A stretch of DNA of 59,837 bases, counting the filler, from Circinaria calcarea (Eukaryota): assembly GCA_051942165.1 (NCBI GenBank). It is 4 parts of 4 records of this genome, joined end to end, with 100 filler letters (N's around TTAATTAATTAA, not from the genome) between each part and the next. Parts side by side here need not be neighbours in the genome. Positions count along the whole stretch, not along the records: positions 14,991 to 29,880 come from JAVECS010000401.1; positions 29,981 to 44,859 come from JAVECS010000402.1; 2 more parts are not named here. The stretch is one strand, 5' to 3'. Positions 24,196-37,000 of the stretch are shown one piece after another. Numbering within the stretch: position 1 is the stretch's first letter; each line of letters begins with the position of its first letter. The notes below the pieces were generated by a model. The model did no database searches and was not told the DNA's origin. It was given only the letters and a program-made list of their open reading frames with translations. The position numbers and the translations under genes were made by a program.

Positions 24196-25657
24196 ATGCA
24201 GAAGCCCGAAGGTGGGAATCAGGCTGCTGCCCCACCAATGGACTTGGAGAAAGGATTGGCCAGCCCAGCCTTAAGTTCTGATACGACGTGCGCTTCAAAC
24301 GCTCCCCTCGTCAAGCGTAGTGATGGTACGACAACAATCATGGCTTGAGCTGTAGACAACTTGCTAACATCGACATAGTTATTCGGAGAATGTGGGCGTG
24401 GCCAAAGAGCCTGGGACAGATGCTTTCCAAGTCAAAATCAAAGAACGCCAAGGCTAAGAAGCGAAAATGCATAATCAACGTCAGGAAGCGTAAGTCGAAG
24501 ATTATGGTTGGCCGAAGAGACCGTGATTGAAGCTGAAGACTGTTCCTAGTGGAGAACCACGCTTTGGGCTATCCGAAACTGGCAGCTTACTTTGATAGCG
24601 ATGACCAGTTCTCCGTGTATCGGCGGTTCGGTTACTTGCACTCTCGTCTTCTTCTCTATAAGCAAGATGAACTGCGAGAGCTTGAAGATGACCTGCAGAA
24701 CTTGGATGACTTGGATTTCAATGGAGATCGCGCCACTCAGAGGTGCTTGAAATCTCGAGAGGAAGATGACGGGCGAGAGGAAAGACCGCACGTCGAAGCT
24801 CGAAAGTCCCTGTTCAGTAGAATCGAGAAGAAGGCTTTGGAGTATGGTTAGCTGCAAGCTATCCGCATACTTATAGAAAACCACTAATCTCAGCTCAGGT
24901 GCACTACTACAGCAGGCGCACCAGTTGATTGCCATGAATAAGCCGCCGAACCGCGACTATAACAGCGTATGCAATTTTATGACAGCTAAACGGCCTCTGC
25001 TAGCAAAGGACGCTGCTTTCATTAAAGAAAAAGAGGACCTAATCACGCTCCGCCCGGGGAGGGAGACATCATTCGTCGATGCATTTGTAGAGCGAATGCT
25101 GCAGACTTGTCCTTACAAACCCATTCAGGTAGGCATTCGTTTAACCATCAGTTCGTGGGAGCCAGCTGACTCACCTTTGCAGAACGTTTTTGCTTCAGAA
25201 GTAAGCAATGCAAAATGCTTTATCAATGAGGATCTGACATCTTCGAGGAGACAAGAGCCAAGACCACCGACGACAAAATACACTATTTCACCAGATCTCG
25301 TATCAACCTCTGCGTTACACTTATCATTACCAGCATCATCCTTATCTTGCTCGTGGTGCCAATCTGGCTCTTGTACCACGCAACAGTCACGCTCAGCCCA
25401 GACAAGTCAAACAGCGTTTGTATGGGAGTTCTTTTGGTTTCGACCTTGGTGTTCTCTGCTGTCCTATCGCTCTTCACTAAAGCGAGACGCCATGAGATTT
25501 TGGCTGCTTCTGCCGGGTAAGTTTGCCTCCTTTTGGTCTCTTCAAGCCATGCTACCAACCCCTTACTAAATGCCATTCTCCGAAAAGGTACTGCGCTGTC
25601 CTCGTGGTCTTTGTAGGAAACATCGGAAATGCCGGAATCATTTCGACACGACAGTAA
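24196..25657 (+). CDS. DUF6594-domain membrane protein (about 3 C-terminal TM helices), multi-exon
   Basis: GYPKLAAYFDSD...YRRFGYLHSRLLLYKQDELRELE; DLITL; C-terminal hydrophobic helices and KARRHEILAASAG|YCAVLVVFVG, typical of DUF6594. Confidence 0.85.
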
Positions 25658-25974
25658 TGGGGAAGCCAACAACAACATCACGAAAAGAGCTTGGATACAG
25701 AGGGCTGGCTTATTTCCAAACACAAGCACTAACACGTAATTTTGCGGAGCAAAGCACCACGTTACCGACGCTGGACAACACCAATCATCTTAACGGCTTA
25801 CATTCACGAATTTCCATATCCATTTCTGATCTTTGATTGTTATTATTATTCTTTTCCCCTTTCCTATATATTTATCACCTAAAACAATGTTTACATTCTA
25901 GGAGATTGGAAGGACCTAGTGTCTCACCAACTCTTATAAGTTGAATACGAGAATGAAAGCACAGTATGGGCTTA

Positions 25975-26096
25975 CTGGTCTACAAGCAAATTAGTCGTTA
26001 GTGCGATCTGCTAATACAGGGATTTAGTTGGTCGCTGTGCTTAAATTATACCCCGTTTTGCCAAGCTTACTAACGACTAATATGCTTGTAGACCAG
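25975..26096. mobile_element. 122-bp MITE, Tc1/mariner-like
   Basis: 28-bp terminal inverted repeats CTGGTCTACAAGCA(A/T)ATTAGTCGTTAGT (1 mismatch) with TA on both flanks; no coding capacity. Confidence 0.8.
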
Positions 26097-27079
26097 TATA
26101 TAAAACCATTAATTTCTATTAAAACCTCTGATTGATTGAAGTAATTAGCGAACGTCAGATATTAATGTTGGAATGTGGTGGAAAGCGCTGGATTCATGCA
26201 GAAGGTCTGAGAATCAGCGTGTTCTATGCGGAGCAATCCCGCCGGTTTCTTTGAAACCTTTATTCATTCGTTTGCTGTTCCACATCAAGTGGCCAAGCTA
26301 CATAGTCATGACTATCATAAATAGAGCCATAAGCTCATATCAGTTCGATAGCTTTAACTCATTCTTTTTTGCTTTCAATGCTCAGATACAACGTGATCAG
26401 AAGCATTTCATCAATCAAACCTATTCAATACCACTGTTCGTCCACCCGCACACATACAACTAGCATATCACCCATTCAAAATACATATTCGAGATTCCCG
26501 CAACCTTTGCCGCCCAACCACATCACGCGCAGAAACATCTTCTACCCTACGGCTAAATCTCGCTTGCGGAATGCCTTTGTCGCGAGCAGCATCTAGATAT
26601 ACCTCCTCTCCTAATCACCTACACCTTTCCCCTAATCCTCAGCCCTAGACCCTACCTCCATCAACCTACCACCCCAAACTCAAACCCGCTTCCGTGGGAT
26701 AGAAATTCTACCATTCTCCCAGCGCAGCTATAAACCCCTATCCATTACTAGCCCATAGCCGAATACGGCACTTGCACCAAGCATGAACCGGAACCCCTGT
26801 TCCCAGCTTCCGTATTCATCCCATACGCTGCTCAACCCCTCATCTGCTTATAGTGATATAACAACGGGTAGTACATGTTCCTGGATTTGGCTGGTGATCA
26901 TTGGAGTTAGATTTACTGATATAAGAACGTATCAGATGTTTCTTACGGCTATCCCCAACTCGTATATCCCGACTAGCTCAATCTCGCCGGGAAGTTATTA
27001 TTTTATATATATTATTATACCCAGCCCTCTACTTCATCCGCCCTCCTAAATCCACAATTATTTTTCCAAATAAACATCG

Positions 27080-27549
27080 CAGCTATGTTATTTTAGTGGA
27101 CCTATTCTGGCCAATACAAAAGCGAGGATTCCGCGTGAGCAAGGTATGCCTGTCACCTGGGCTTTACCATATTAAGCTAGGGTATCGGTGCCGGCCTTCC
27201 GTAGATAACAAACTCATTACAAAAATTCATCGAAACCTCCTAAGTGTTATTTGGGGGGTTTTGTTTTTTTTTTGGTTATTCTCGGAGGTTGTTAGGTAGG
27301 CCCGGAATAACAGTGCTCCCAGCCAATCGACACCTCGTCTATAAGGCCCCCCCTTGGCCTGGTTTATATAGCTCCATTGTACATCCACAACGGAGCTATA
27401 TTATATTAGTAAACCTAGTGTGGCCAATACAGGAATATAGTTCTACCAGCCTACCCTCCGTGCTTTACAGTATCAGGCTTAGCTTATCGGCGCCGTGCTC
27501 CCGAGCATAACAGATTTCTAACAAAAAAAAAAACAAAACCCCCCAAATA
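27080..27549. repeat. Degraded repeat with a ~26-bp inverted pair and a diverged direct duplication
   Basis: TATTTGGGGGGTTTTGTTTTTTTTTT (27248-27273) is mirrored at about 27524-27549. The segment at about 27082-27225 is a diverged copy of about 27394-27527 (GCTAT.TTAT.TTAGT..ACCTA.T.TGGCCAATACA). Confidence 0.55.
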
Positions 27550-28969
27550 TTCTACCTTTTATTATAAGGGTGCTAGGATAAGCTAGACTCGTGTACCATA
27601 AGGGACAGAGTTCACTCCCCGGTGTGCACGATTACTAGGATCGTGACATTGGTTTATCGTTGTTCCATGTACCATATGGCTGGCTATAAGCATGCTATTC
27701 CAAGGAGCGAGAATAGAATAGCCTACCTATATAGTATGGTGACCCTACTCAGGCTTGCTCAGGTGGCTTAAGCCCCTCAACCCTTGATTCCTCTGATCCT
27801 TCTGAGCAATAACTGCCATGCTCAGACGGTTGCGATACCAAAGCTCCTGATCTCCCTGAGCAATTCGGAGCAACCCCTCCTGATTCTTCCGAGGTTACAC
27901 ACTCAGTATGGCCTAGTGCCATAACACTATATTTGCTAGTAGGATATTCTTCTCGCCTTTTTCTCAAGTCTTGGCATAATCATTTACTTTATTCTTCCAC
28001 TCTACCCGTCACCACCCCAGAATAGAATGCTGGGGGGTGCGTGGGTATAAAAATTAGGGATGCGTGGGTGGTACGATAGTGTGCGTAGGAGCTCAGGATG
28101 GCATAATTGGGGTGCGTGGCGGATTATTCCCCGAAAAATATATAAACACGTCGATTCGATAATTTCAAGCCGGGGCCAATTCCTATCGCTATTGAATATC
28201 CAGGAAGAAAAAAAGGACAAAGTATAGTACCCAAGCCTTAAACCCAAGTATCCCTTACGACCCAAGCAATAATCCACACCTACACTTTTTAAACCCAAAT
28301 ATCTATAAACTAACTAGTACTCCAATAAACGAGCACTAAATTATAACGAGTTAATAGCATAGGTAGCCAGAACATAGTGTTAACCCCAATGCTAAGCCCG
28401 CTTTGCTGTTATGAGAAAATAAAAAGGAATATTTGTAACCCAAAAACCTGATCCGGGTTCTAAACCGTGCGTGTGATGATCGGGAGGTTTGGACTCGGCC
28501 TGGTGTAAGTATGCCTTGATAAGAGGTAACAGCGCCGCGGCGACGGGCGGAGCGAGATCATACCAAGGTATCCAAATATTGCAGCCAGTGCAGTGTGGTC
28601 CAGCAGTTCACAGTATACATTGTGCACTGCTAAGTCTGTACTGTTGGTGCAGTGCAGAAGGTTTGGCACTGATAGTGCAGCCGGACTCATAGGTTTCAAA
28701 GGCTGTCAGCCAGTGGCCCACCCCTTTTCTCCCGGAGCTTTGATAGCCGATGACCGAGGCTGTTTACCCTTGTTTAGCGAGATTAGCTCCACTGCAGTCC
28801 TCCGCACTGCACCGGCTGCAGTATTGGGAGGCCTTGTTTTCTGTATGATGATCATAAAGAGAGTTTACTGACTGTGCCGGTTGACTATTTGTGCTCAGTA
28901 GAGAACACACCAACCGTTTAATTGGCTATTAACGACCTAAGGCTTTGTATTTATTTTCTCTCGCCCAAC

Positions 28970-29880
28970 TCAATCTTTTTTGCCTTTTCGTCCTCCTTCT
29001 AAGAGTGTTTCACTCGACCCTTTTGAGATTGGGCAGAAAGTGAAGTTAACTTCCCCAACCAAACCACGGATATTCTCAATCAGCTTCGCAAGGTCATCGG
29101 AGATGAGACTACTTGCGACTTGAGTGACAGCAAAGTTTGCATAGCCAGCCTCCATGACGTGATTAATGCTCAGAATATTGGCATCAAGGGCTTCGAGCTT
29201 AACACTCAGCTGATATGGTGTCGGCGCCTTCAAATAAGGGGGAAGGGGGCGAGCCGCTCGTGACACTTGCGGACAGAATCGTGAGAACCGACGAGATTTC
29301 TTGGGACGTGGCATCTACGGAATCCAGAATCCTATTAAGATCCTTGATCCACTTATGCCCGTTGGAGTCAGCTGCGTTATGAGAGTAGTCTCTGGTAGCG
29401 TAGCTAACAAGTGCTATATAGTAGAGTATGCTGAGGACCATCAGCAGTGATACTTAACGATTGCGGTAACAAAACCAGGTTAGGACCTGCCTCTGCGTTT
29501 GGTTGATGATTGTGTCGTATTGCTTCCTTGGAAACTTTCCACCTGTGAACCACGTAGTTAGCCTTCAAGAGTGAGCCGTTAGGTATTGGTGATTACTACC
29601 TAGAGAGAACTCGAAAGCGGTATATGACGAATGTAGCCGGAGGCCTGACAGCAGAGCTAGCTGTTTTGAAAAAATCTTCTCACGGGCCTTTTCTAGTCTC
29701 CGTGCATGGCTGTTCTTGTCGTCCAAATCTCCCTCGGCCCCCTTTAGTCTTATGCGTACTAAACAATCTATGAGCCAAGTAATCATTCGGGAATGAAATC
29801 TAAAGGGTACCAGTAGTTTTAACACAGATGTGATATTGGGCGAGCAAGAACAAAGATGCACCAAGGTCTTTCCGAAGCTG
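28970..29880 (-). pseudogene. 3' part of an ArAE_2/DUF2421-like (FUSC-related) membrane protein gene, 5'-truncated by the contig end, one apparent frameshift
   Basis: SQEISSVLTILSASVTSGSP / LPPYLKAP...LEALDANILSINHVMEAGYANFAV...LVGEVNF; the frame changes in a C-run near 29245. Confidence 0.6.
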
Positions 29881-29980
29881 NNNNNNNNNNNNNNNNNNNN
29901 NNNNNNNNNNNNNNNNNNNNNNNNTTAATTAATTAANNNNNNNNNNNNNNNNNNNNNNNNNNNNNNNNNNNNNNNNNNNN
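29881..29980. other. Artificial contig linker
   Basis: N44-TTAATTAATTAA-N44. Confidence 0.98.
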
Positions 29981-30046
29981 GTCAAAAAGGTGTCATGTTA
30001 CTGTATTCTCTCCAATGGGCTTGGTTGAGTTGTCATGCGGAGGAAG

Positions 30047-30130
30047 TGGAGAATGGAGAATGGAGAATGGAGAATGGAGAATGGAGAATGGAGAATGGAG
30101 AATGGAGAATGGAGAATGGAGAATGGAGAA
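30047..30130 (+). repeat. Heptanucleotide tandem repeat (TGGAGAA)12
   Basis: 12 perfect copies counted directly. Confidence 0.95.
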
Positions 30131-30271
30131 TGGGCACATCTCGACGGGTTTTTTGCGCGTGGGCAGGCAATGCATGCACCGCTGTTAGGTTCAAGTCATC
30201 TTACAACTCCCTCTCTTTTTCGCTCTCACTGTCTTCTCCCCTTTTCTAATATCAAACCTTTTTAGAATTTC

Positions 30272-31475
30272 CTATCCACACGCCGCCACATCCTCCCCCT
30301 TCACCACCTTCCCCCACGTACAACTCCGCCCTTCCTCTTTCTCCCCCTTCCACCCTTCTTTGGCCTGCGCGAAAACCGTAACGTTCGCGTGCGGCGGGAG
30401 GGCATTGAGGCCCGTGACACCTCTCCTCTTCTTCTTCTTCCCCGTCGTCTTCCCGCCGAAAAACGCCCGCCCGCCCCTCGGCTTCTTAAACGGATCCTGC
30501 ACGCACGAAGTCATCAGCGCTCCTGTCGCCACCCGGATCTGCTCCCAGGTCAGGGTGAGAGCCAGGGTGGCCGAAATGGCCAGGTTGCACGTGTTGGAAT
30601 GCAAAAAGGTCGGTGTGCCCGGTACCACTGTCAGCGAATCCGCCGAGGACGGATGCAGCTGCTCCCACTCGATGTGCGCGCAGTCTGCGACTGCAGGGCT
30701 ACCGAGGCGGGCGTCGCATTCATAAGTCATTTGATCGTCGTTGGCGGAGTCTGGAGGTTGCCAGTAGGGAGTCGTGCCCCCGCTCGTCATGCGTTCGGAT
30801 TGCGTGCTCCAATACTCGGCACTGCGCTCGAACTGCGCCGCCTGCCTCGGATGCTTAAACGCCCCCAGCGTACTCGTGGCTTCAAGAATCTTGGCGACCC
30901 AGGGTTCGTGGAGGCCGGGGGAGAATTTTCGATCCGTGGGCCCGCTAACGGTGACGGTGAAAAAGGAAGCTTCACGCGGAGCCGGCTGGTGGAGGGTGGC
31001 GGGGGAACGGGTGACAGGGAAGTTGTAGGCCCAGTCGACCATGTCTTCCAAGAGGTAGGTGTGGAAGCCGCCGAGCGAGTCCATGTGATTTTCGACGCAC
31101 TCTTGGACGAGATCTCGGGCCAGGGCGAAAAGGTCGTTGGGAATAGCCCAAGCAGCTCCATGTTGCGTGAGAGCAGAGGCGGTACTTTCGACTGTGATGT
31201 AGCAGTTACCTGCCAGTTCGAGTTAGGATTGCTGTCTCCTGACGGGAATATTACAGGATGGAATCAGAGGAAGGAGTCCGGGGGGAGGGGATTTTCTACT
31301 GACCCGAGTGTTTTTGATAGGGCAACCCGAAGGCGCCTTCGCCAGCGAGGTTGAACGGGATTGGAACGGAGCCCCGGGGGAACAGATCTAGAGCGTGATG
31401 GCAATCGTCCAACGAGAGGTCTTTCCCATAGGCCTCGTCACACACATGGAAATTAGGCTCAGGAGCAGTGTCCAT
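30272..31475 (-). CDS. Cys-patterned hypothetical protein with two tandem Ecp2/KP4-like modules; 2 exons, start uncertain
   Basis: Module 1: CDEAYG..DC...LPY..G|NCYITV...ECV...GG. Module 2: ECDARLGSPAVADC...TCNLAI...SCV...GG. A GT-AG intron at about 31210-31303 joins them in frame. Confidence 0.6.
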
Positions 31476-32567
31476 CTCTTCTGCTACTGAAGCATAAGCC
31501 TACAAGCAGAAGCTTTCCCAAGGCACCTAGGGGGCCGTAAGCTATTTATAATGCCCTTTCTACCTTGAGACAATTGAACATATATGATCTCACACTATGA
31601 TGAAACTATTGAATCGAATAGGGTTCTTACCGGGAATGCCCTGCGGTGGATGTTGCGTTGACACTTCGGTTGATCGGTTGAACAGTTTCATTCGTTCCTC
31701 CATTATTTTCAAACGTACGGAGTCCAAAAGACCTGGATGGATATTTTGTAACGTACACAAAGCACACTATCCACGAAGTGGAGAACGTGCGAGGGTTATG
31801 GCGGGTAATCGCCTAGATCCCGGTCATAGGAGGCCAGGCAGCCCGCAACCGCCCTCAGAATTAGCGACACGTCTCGTCAGTTTGTTAGAATACAGTATGT
31901 CGGGAATTACAGATCAAAGACCCAAAAATCTATGTAGGTTAACTGATGGTCGGACTCATTGCAAATTTACACCTTCCCCAATTTGCCGACGAGAACGGGT
32001 AGGCTTATACGTAACGGCAGGACGGGGAACATCAACAGTCAGGTTCACTGTATGTCAAGTCCCGCAGCGCCCGGCCAAGCTAACCATTCCATATCAAATC
32101 ACTTGAACGTATAGACCACTTGCAGGCAGAGTAATGCACCGGGGATAAAGTGCAAGTTGTTGCTATCTCCTAAGCAAAGCCATGGAAATCGCAATGATCC
32201 TTTACCCTAGGGCTTGAGCCATATTATCTAATTTTTCTTCCGGCCGCCAAATAGGCCGTGAGTAGAGACGCAGTAACCGAGCTAGATTAGATGAAGCAGT
32301 CTGCCATTCTTCTTTTGCCCGTCACGCAAGCTCAACCATGCAGAACCCTCTTTTCTCTTCCAACACGCTACAAAGTAGCCACATGCCAGACTCCAAGAGC
32401 AGCAACATGCCAGACAAAGTAGTGTACAATAAAGTCGCCGGAGAGAATATCTCTAGCAAGTCAACGAGCGAGCCGGGTATCATTCTATCGACCACATAGG
32501 AAAGTCGCGGATTTTTACCCATTCCGTGGGCAATTGAGGACAGGGTGAGACAGTCCACGGATCACAT

Positions 32568-34050
32568 CTAGCCCGACCAGATTTCACCCCCAACTATCCT
32601 GGGCTTGATATCATCATACTCTGGCTCGGTACTCTGTGGTCGACGTACATTGGGGTTCTGATAGTAGAGATGAGGGGGAGGAGCCCCGTATGGGTCGGGA
32701 TAACTGTATCCACCCGTCTGGCTGGGTGACCCCATTCCTGCCGGAGCTGGGGACTGCCAGCCCAAGCTGCCAAGGTGAGGACTCCCGCTAACACTGCCTG
32801 ACTGATGTTGTTCGTGGTGAGTAGGTGGCTCGAGAGGCTGCGGTGGACCGTACATCGACGGGTGAGATGTTAGTGAAGGTCGATGTTGGTTACCCCCGTA
32901 AGCAGATAGCGAAGGAGACGTAACCGACGGGGTGGAGCGAGGACTTGGTTGCTGCATATCGCCCCGTAGATGTGGCGGTAGAGGGCCGGGAGCCATGTAC
33001 GGGAAATCTGTTTGCGCACGAACCAAGTGTGGTACCTGGGGCACTTCGTGTGAGGGCGACATGGACATTGTATTTTCTCCCGGAGAGGATGTTGAGTGTA
33101 TTGATCCCGCTTCTGAGTACGATCCACCTTCCGAGCGCGAGCGCTGTGGACGACCGGATGGGTGAGAAGCTCGAGCAGCTGCTGTAGTCACAGCGGACTG
33201 CTCTACTGTACCCGTGTGATGGTTTTGGTGGCGAGTTAAGGTGGTACGGCGAGTAAAGGTTTTCTGACAGTGTTCAAAGGGACATTTGTACGGTCGCTTA
33301 CCCGAATGAATCCGACGATGTCGAGCAAGAGAACTTGAATCACTAAAAGGCTACGGTTGGTGTCAGTCAGCGTGCGGAACATTGTATCAGAATCACCCAT
33401 ATCCAAATACCTTTGTACAATGTTCACACATGTGTGGTTTCTCGCCTGTATGAACACGCCCATGTACAGTCAATGCCGATCTCTGTATGAATTGCTTATT
33501 GCAGCCAGGATGGTCGCAAACATGTGGTCGAACTCCGGTGTGGATGCGTTCTATGATCGTCTGTTAGAACCATTGTGTTCGTTTGGGAAGTCTATTGCCG
33601 CTCACCGTGACGTGCAAGATCGCTACGTCTTGCAAACGCTTTCCCACAGCTAGCACAAGCAAATGCCTTGAGTACTGCACCGCTACCAGTGGATGGTCGC
33701 GCTGTGCTATAATTCTGGCCTACTTCTTGATGTATCCCATTCTGCTGCGTATGCGAGAAGCCGGTCTCAATTGCCCCATTAGGGTTCATGTAGATGTTAG
33801 GTAATATCGGGAGTGGTTGTTGAAGTAGTGGAGCATTGGCCAAGTTATGGTGTGGCTGTAACGGCTGGACCGAGCGCGTGGAATACCTCGAGGAATGTTC
33901 TGAGATGTGTGGGGAAATTCCTCCATCTGACCCAGTCTCCGAATAAGTGCGACCGTTCAGGTGAGCGGCCGGATTCGACTGCTGCATTTGCTGCTCGGTG
34001 GTTGCCACCACTCCACCACCTTTGCTATTGAGGATATTTGGAAGGTCCAT
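32568..34050 (-). CDS. C2H2 zinc-finger transcription factor with four fingers, RfeC-like
   Basis: [86 protein letters not shown]; Ser/Pro-rich tail. Confidence 0.9.
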
Positions 34051-37000
34051 GATACTGCGAGATGGAATTTCGCACAGCGGCCGTAAGGATTCGGTTTCTG
34101 TGGGTGGTGACGAGTCCTCGACCTTACCTTTTGACCGTACGGTAGTCTCCAAAGTTGGAGTGTATACAGATTTTTGGTTCCAGCTCGCATCTACAGCGTT
34201 GCTAGTTCACTTATCATGTTAGCCAAGCCAAACTGCATCTGTTGACAAGATATGCCAGAGATCGTGCCGTCAATAGATGGAGGCGAAACAGGGTTGATAA
34301 CGATCTAAGAATAAAAAGCTTGATAAAGGTCAGGTACGGAGACTGGCGCCAATGCACAGATCATTGCCTCAAGGTTCCTCATGACCAATGTAAACGGTCA
34401 AGATGGGGCGTTGTGGGGGGAGGCCCAATCAGGTGAACGCAGCAACGTTGATGGCGCACAATGCGACAGTACAATGTTCAAAGTTCGAATACGACACATG
34501 CAGGAGACCAATAAAGTCAAAATGATCGGCGGGCAAATGGGGAGGCTTACCAGATCTGTACGATTCGACCGCGATATGCAATCGGATTTCCGGGTGGGTG
34601 AATCCAGATGTGCTGGGTTGCAGATTAGAGGCTTGGGTACCTTATGCCCAGCAGTGTGGCCCGGTCGGGGTAGGTCTAAACACACCGAGCGAATGCAAGA
34701 TGCACGGACTTCCCTGTGGCGCACTTCTGGCTGCTACAGACCCGGTCCAGATACTGAGGTAAGAGCGGTTTTTGATATTGGAACTCTCCAACCGTTTGAA
34801 TCTATGGCTTTAAGAATTTCAAGAGCGATAAGTTTCCTGGGAGAGATTTCAAAGCTGATTGTAATAATGTATCGAGGTTGGCGATAAATGTCTCGGGTCC
34901 GCCACTTTTCTCGCGATCTCACTGAGTTGACTGAACAAAGAATATCTCTGACAAGTGGCACAAGCGGATGTGTGCAGAAACTGGCGCTCGATCCAACAGC
35001 TCGTCCGGATCCTTGATGCGTAAATGCAAACGCGCTTTAGGAATACTGAAAGGCCACACCCAGCAATCGGATCGGCATCAATGACGACTTCCGCGATCAA
35101 TGGCTGGGCAATACTCGAAGCAGTTGGTCGGAGATCAATGGGACCGAGTCTCAAGTAGATGGTGGGATTCTCCTCGGGTTGGTCCGCTTAATGATACCTC
35201 AGCCAACTTCAAGCTTTCCGACGGTACTATCTTTCTAGGAAAGTAGTAGCGGAGTCTGACTTGATCGGGGGTGTGGCCACCTTGAGTGTGTTCGGTTTGG
35301 CTTTTTGGGAGACGGTGGTTTCCCAAGATGAACGAGCTCTGGGGCTGTTGCACGAGGATGACGCAGAGATTAGTCGATCTGGTTGTGGATGTTCAGGGGG
35401 ACAGATTTAGGTTCGCTATTTAACTATTGAAGTCAGCCTCGAGTCATTCATAGATAAGCAAGAAGTCAGCAGAGAACGTGCAATGGCTCATGCGAGAGCA
35501 GACATCCCAATGCAAAGGAAGTAAGGGTTACGCACACACGAGTGTTCCTCGGGCAGCAGGACCAAATGAGAAGGCCTTTTCTCGTCTAGGGCATGCCCCA
35601 AGAGCTTGTGTAGGGCGAAGATTGTCTTGGGTCAGGTGCAGGGTCCTTGCTTGGTGTTATAGATGGCTGTGTCGTTGATGGCAGATTCACACCGAAAACG
35701 CGCATCCGGTGCAAAATCTATGAGCCCAAAAGCTGGCCTCTCCACAATGTCGAGCTTAAAGTATCCGAACGCTCCTGTCGTTTATTGGAGACTCGAAGGC
35801 ACGTGTTGGTCAGCGTAGTGTGGTTTGGAGTGATGATGGGACAAGGATTGGATGAATAGGCATTGATGGCTCGAGCGTCGGTAAGTGAAGGGACGATGAA
35901 TGTGGCATGGGAGAAGTCACCGTTCACCGTGGCCGGCCATGCTGGAGGTGTCGGGGATTGCGACGAAGCAAGGAGGGAAGGATGGACAACGAGAACTCGG
36001 TACTTTTGATGTGATGGATCTACGTTTTCTGGAGAATGGACCTGGAAGGACGGGAGGCTTGTTCCGGGGAGAGAGTGATGGGAAGCGACTGGACGGCGTG
36101 ATTCAAAATACCCCTCGGTCGGGACGGAGGCTTTCCCGTGGCTACAAGAAGCATTCCTACTGACTGAGTGGACAGGTCCTCACGACAAACTGATGATCTG
36201 ATCCGTTTGTCTTCTGGCTGCTGTTGGACTGGTCATTTAGTGAGCCTCTTGGAGCTGTCTATCTTTAGCTGTTGAATTTACAGCAGGCGAATTCCCCCGA
36301 GCACTGGCCAACCTGCGCGCTAAGGGACGCATCGACGCTGAATCTCCGCGAACACACCAAGAAGCATCAGAACGTATCCTAATGCCAGATTGGATTGCTT
36401 CCCTCGAATCAAAGGCCGGCCTGCTTGATCGTTGGCTTTTAGGCTGCTTCTAGTGAGCTTCCATTACCCATCGCCCGAGAAAAGTAGGGGCAGTGGCTGC
36501 TCGTTTAAACTTTTGAACAATGCGCCCAACCGTCATGGTCAAATTGCTTTTGGTCCCCATCCATGCCTTGTCACCAGGAAAAAGAAAAATCGGAAGCCAG
36601 GGGGGCAGACTCTCGGGCAAGCCAGCGCTGATAACAATGTAACACTCCATCTTCATGAATCATGCGAAGGCTTTCGAGTTTGGTTTGTTCGTATCTGGAT
36701 GTAGCTAGATGCTGCACGGGAGTTGTCCCATGTCTTCCGGCGATAGCAGAGCTTTGACTACCGACCACCGGGCACCCTCAACGTTGCTGGATCTTCCTTA
36801 TCAGGAACTTGGCCCTGTCGATCAGAGCCCGAGCTCAAACCTTCAATCAAAGTCTCGTGCTACATGTGGAACACTGAACCTGCCGGTCGTCGATGCATGG
36901 AGGCTGTGGTATCAGTAGCACATAGTAGGTGCGTCATTCTCGACCGGGTGTCTCAAGGAGAAGTTTTCCGACAAAAGGAGTCCACTCCCAAATGTTACAG

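Noticed and set aside
29993..30265. ORFs with MENGEWR or SPFSILH repeats as repeat-peptide (RiPP-like) precursors
   Set aside because: They are translations of a (TGGAGAA)12 microsatellite, with no signal peptide, Kex2 sites or tailoring genes nearby.
30389..31354. 321-aa plus-strand ORF
   Set aside because: Antisense shadow of the GC-rich minus-strand gene; Arg-rich with no recognisable motifs.
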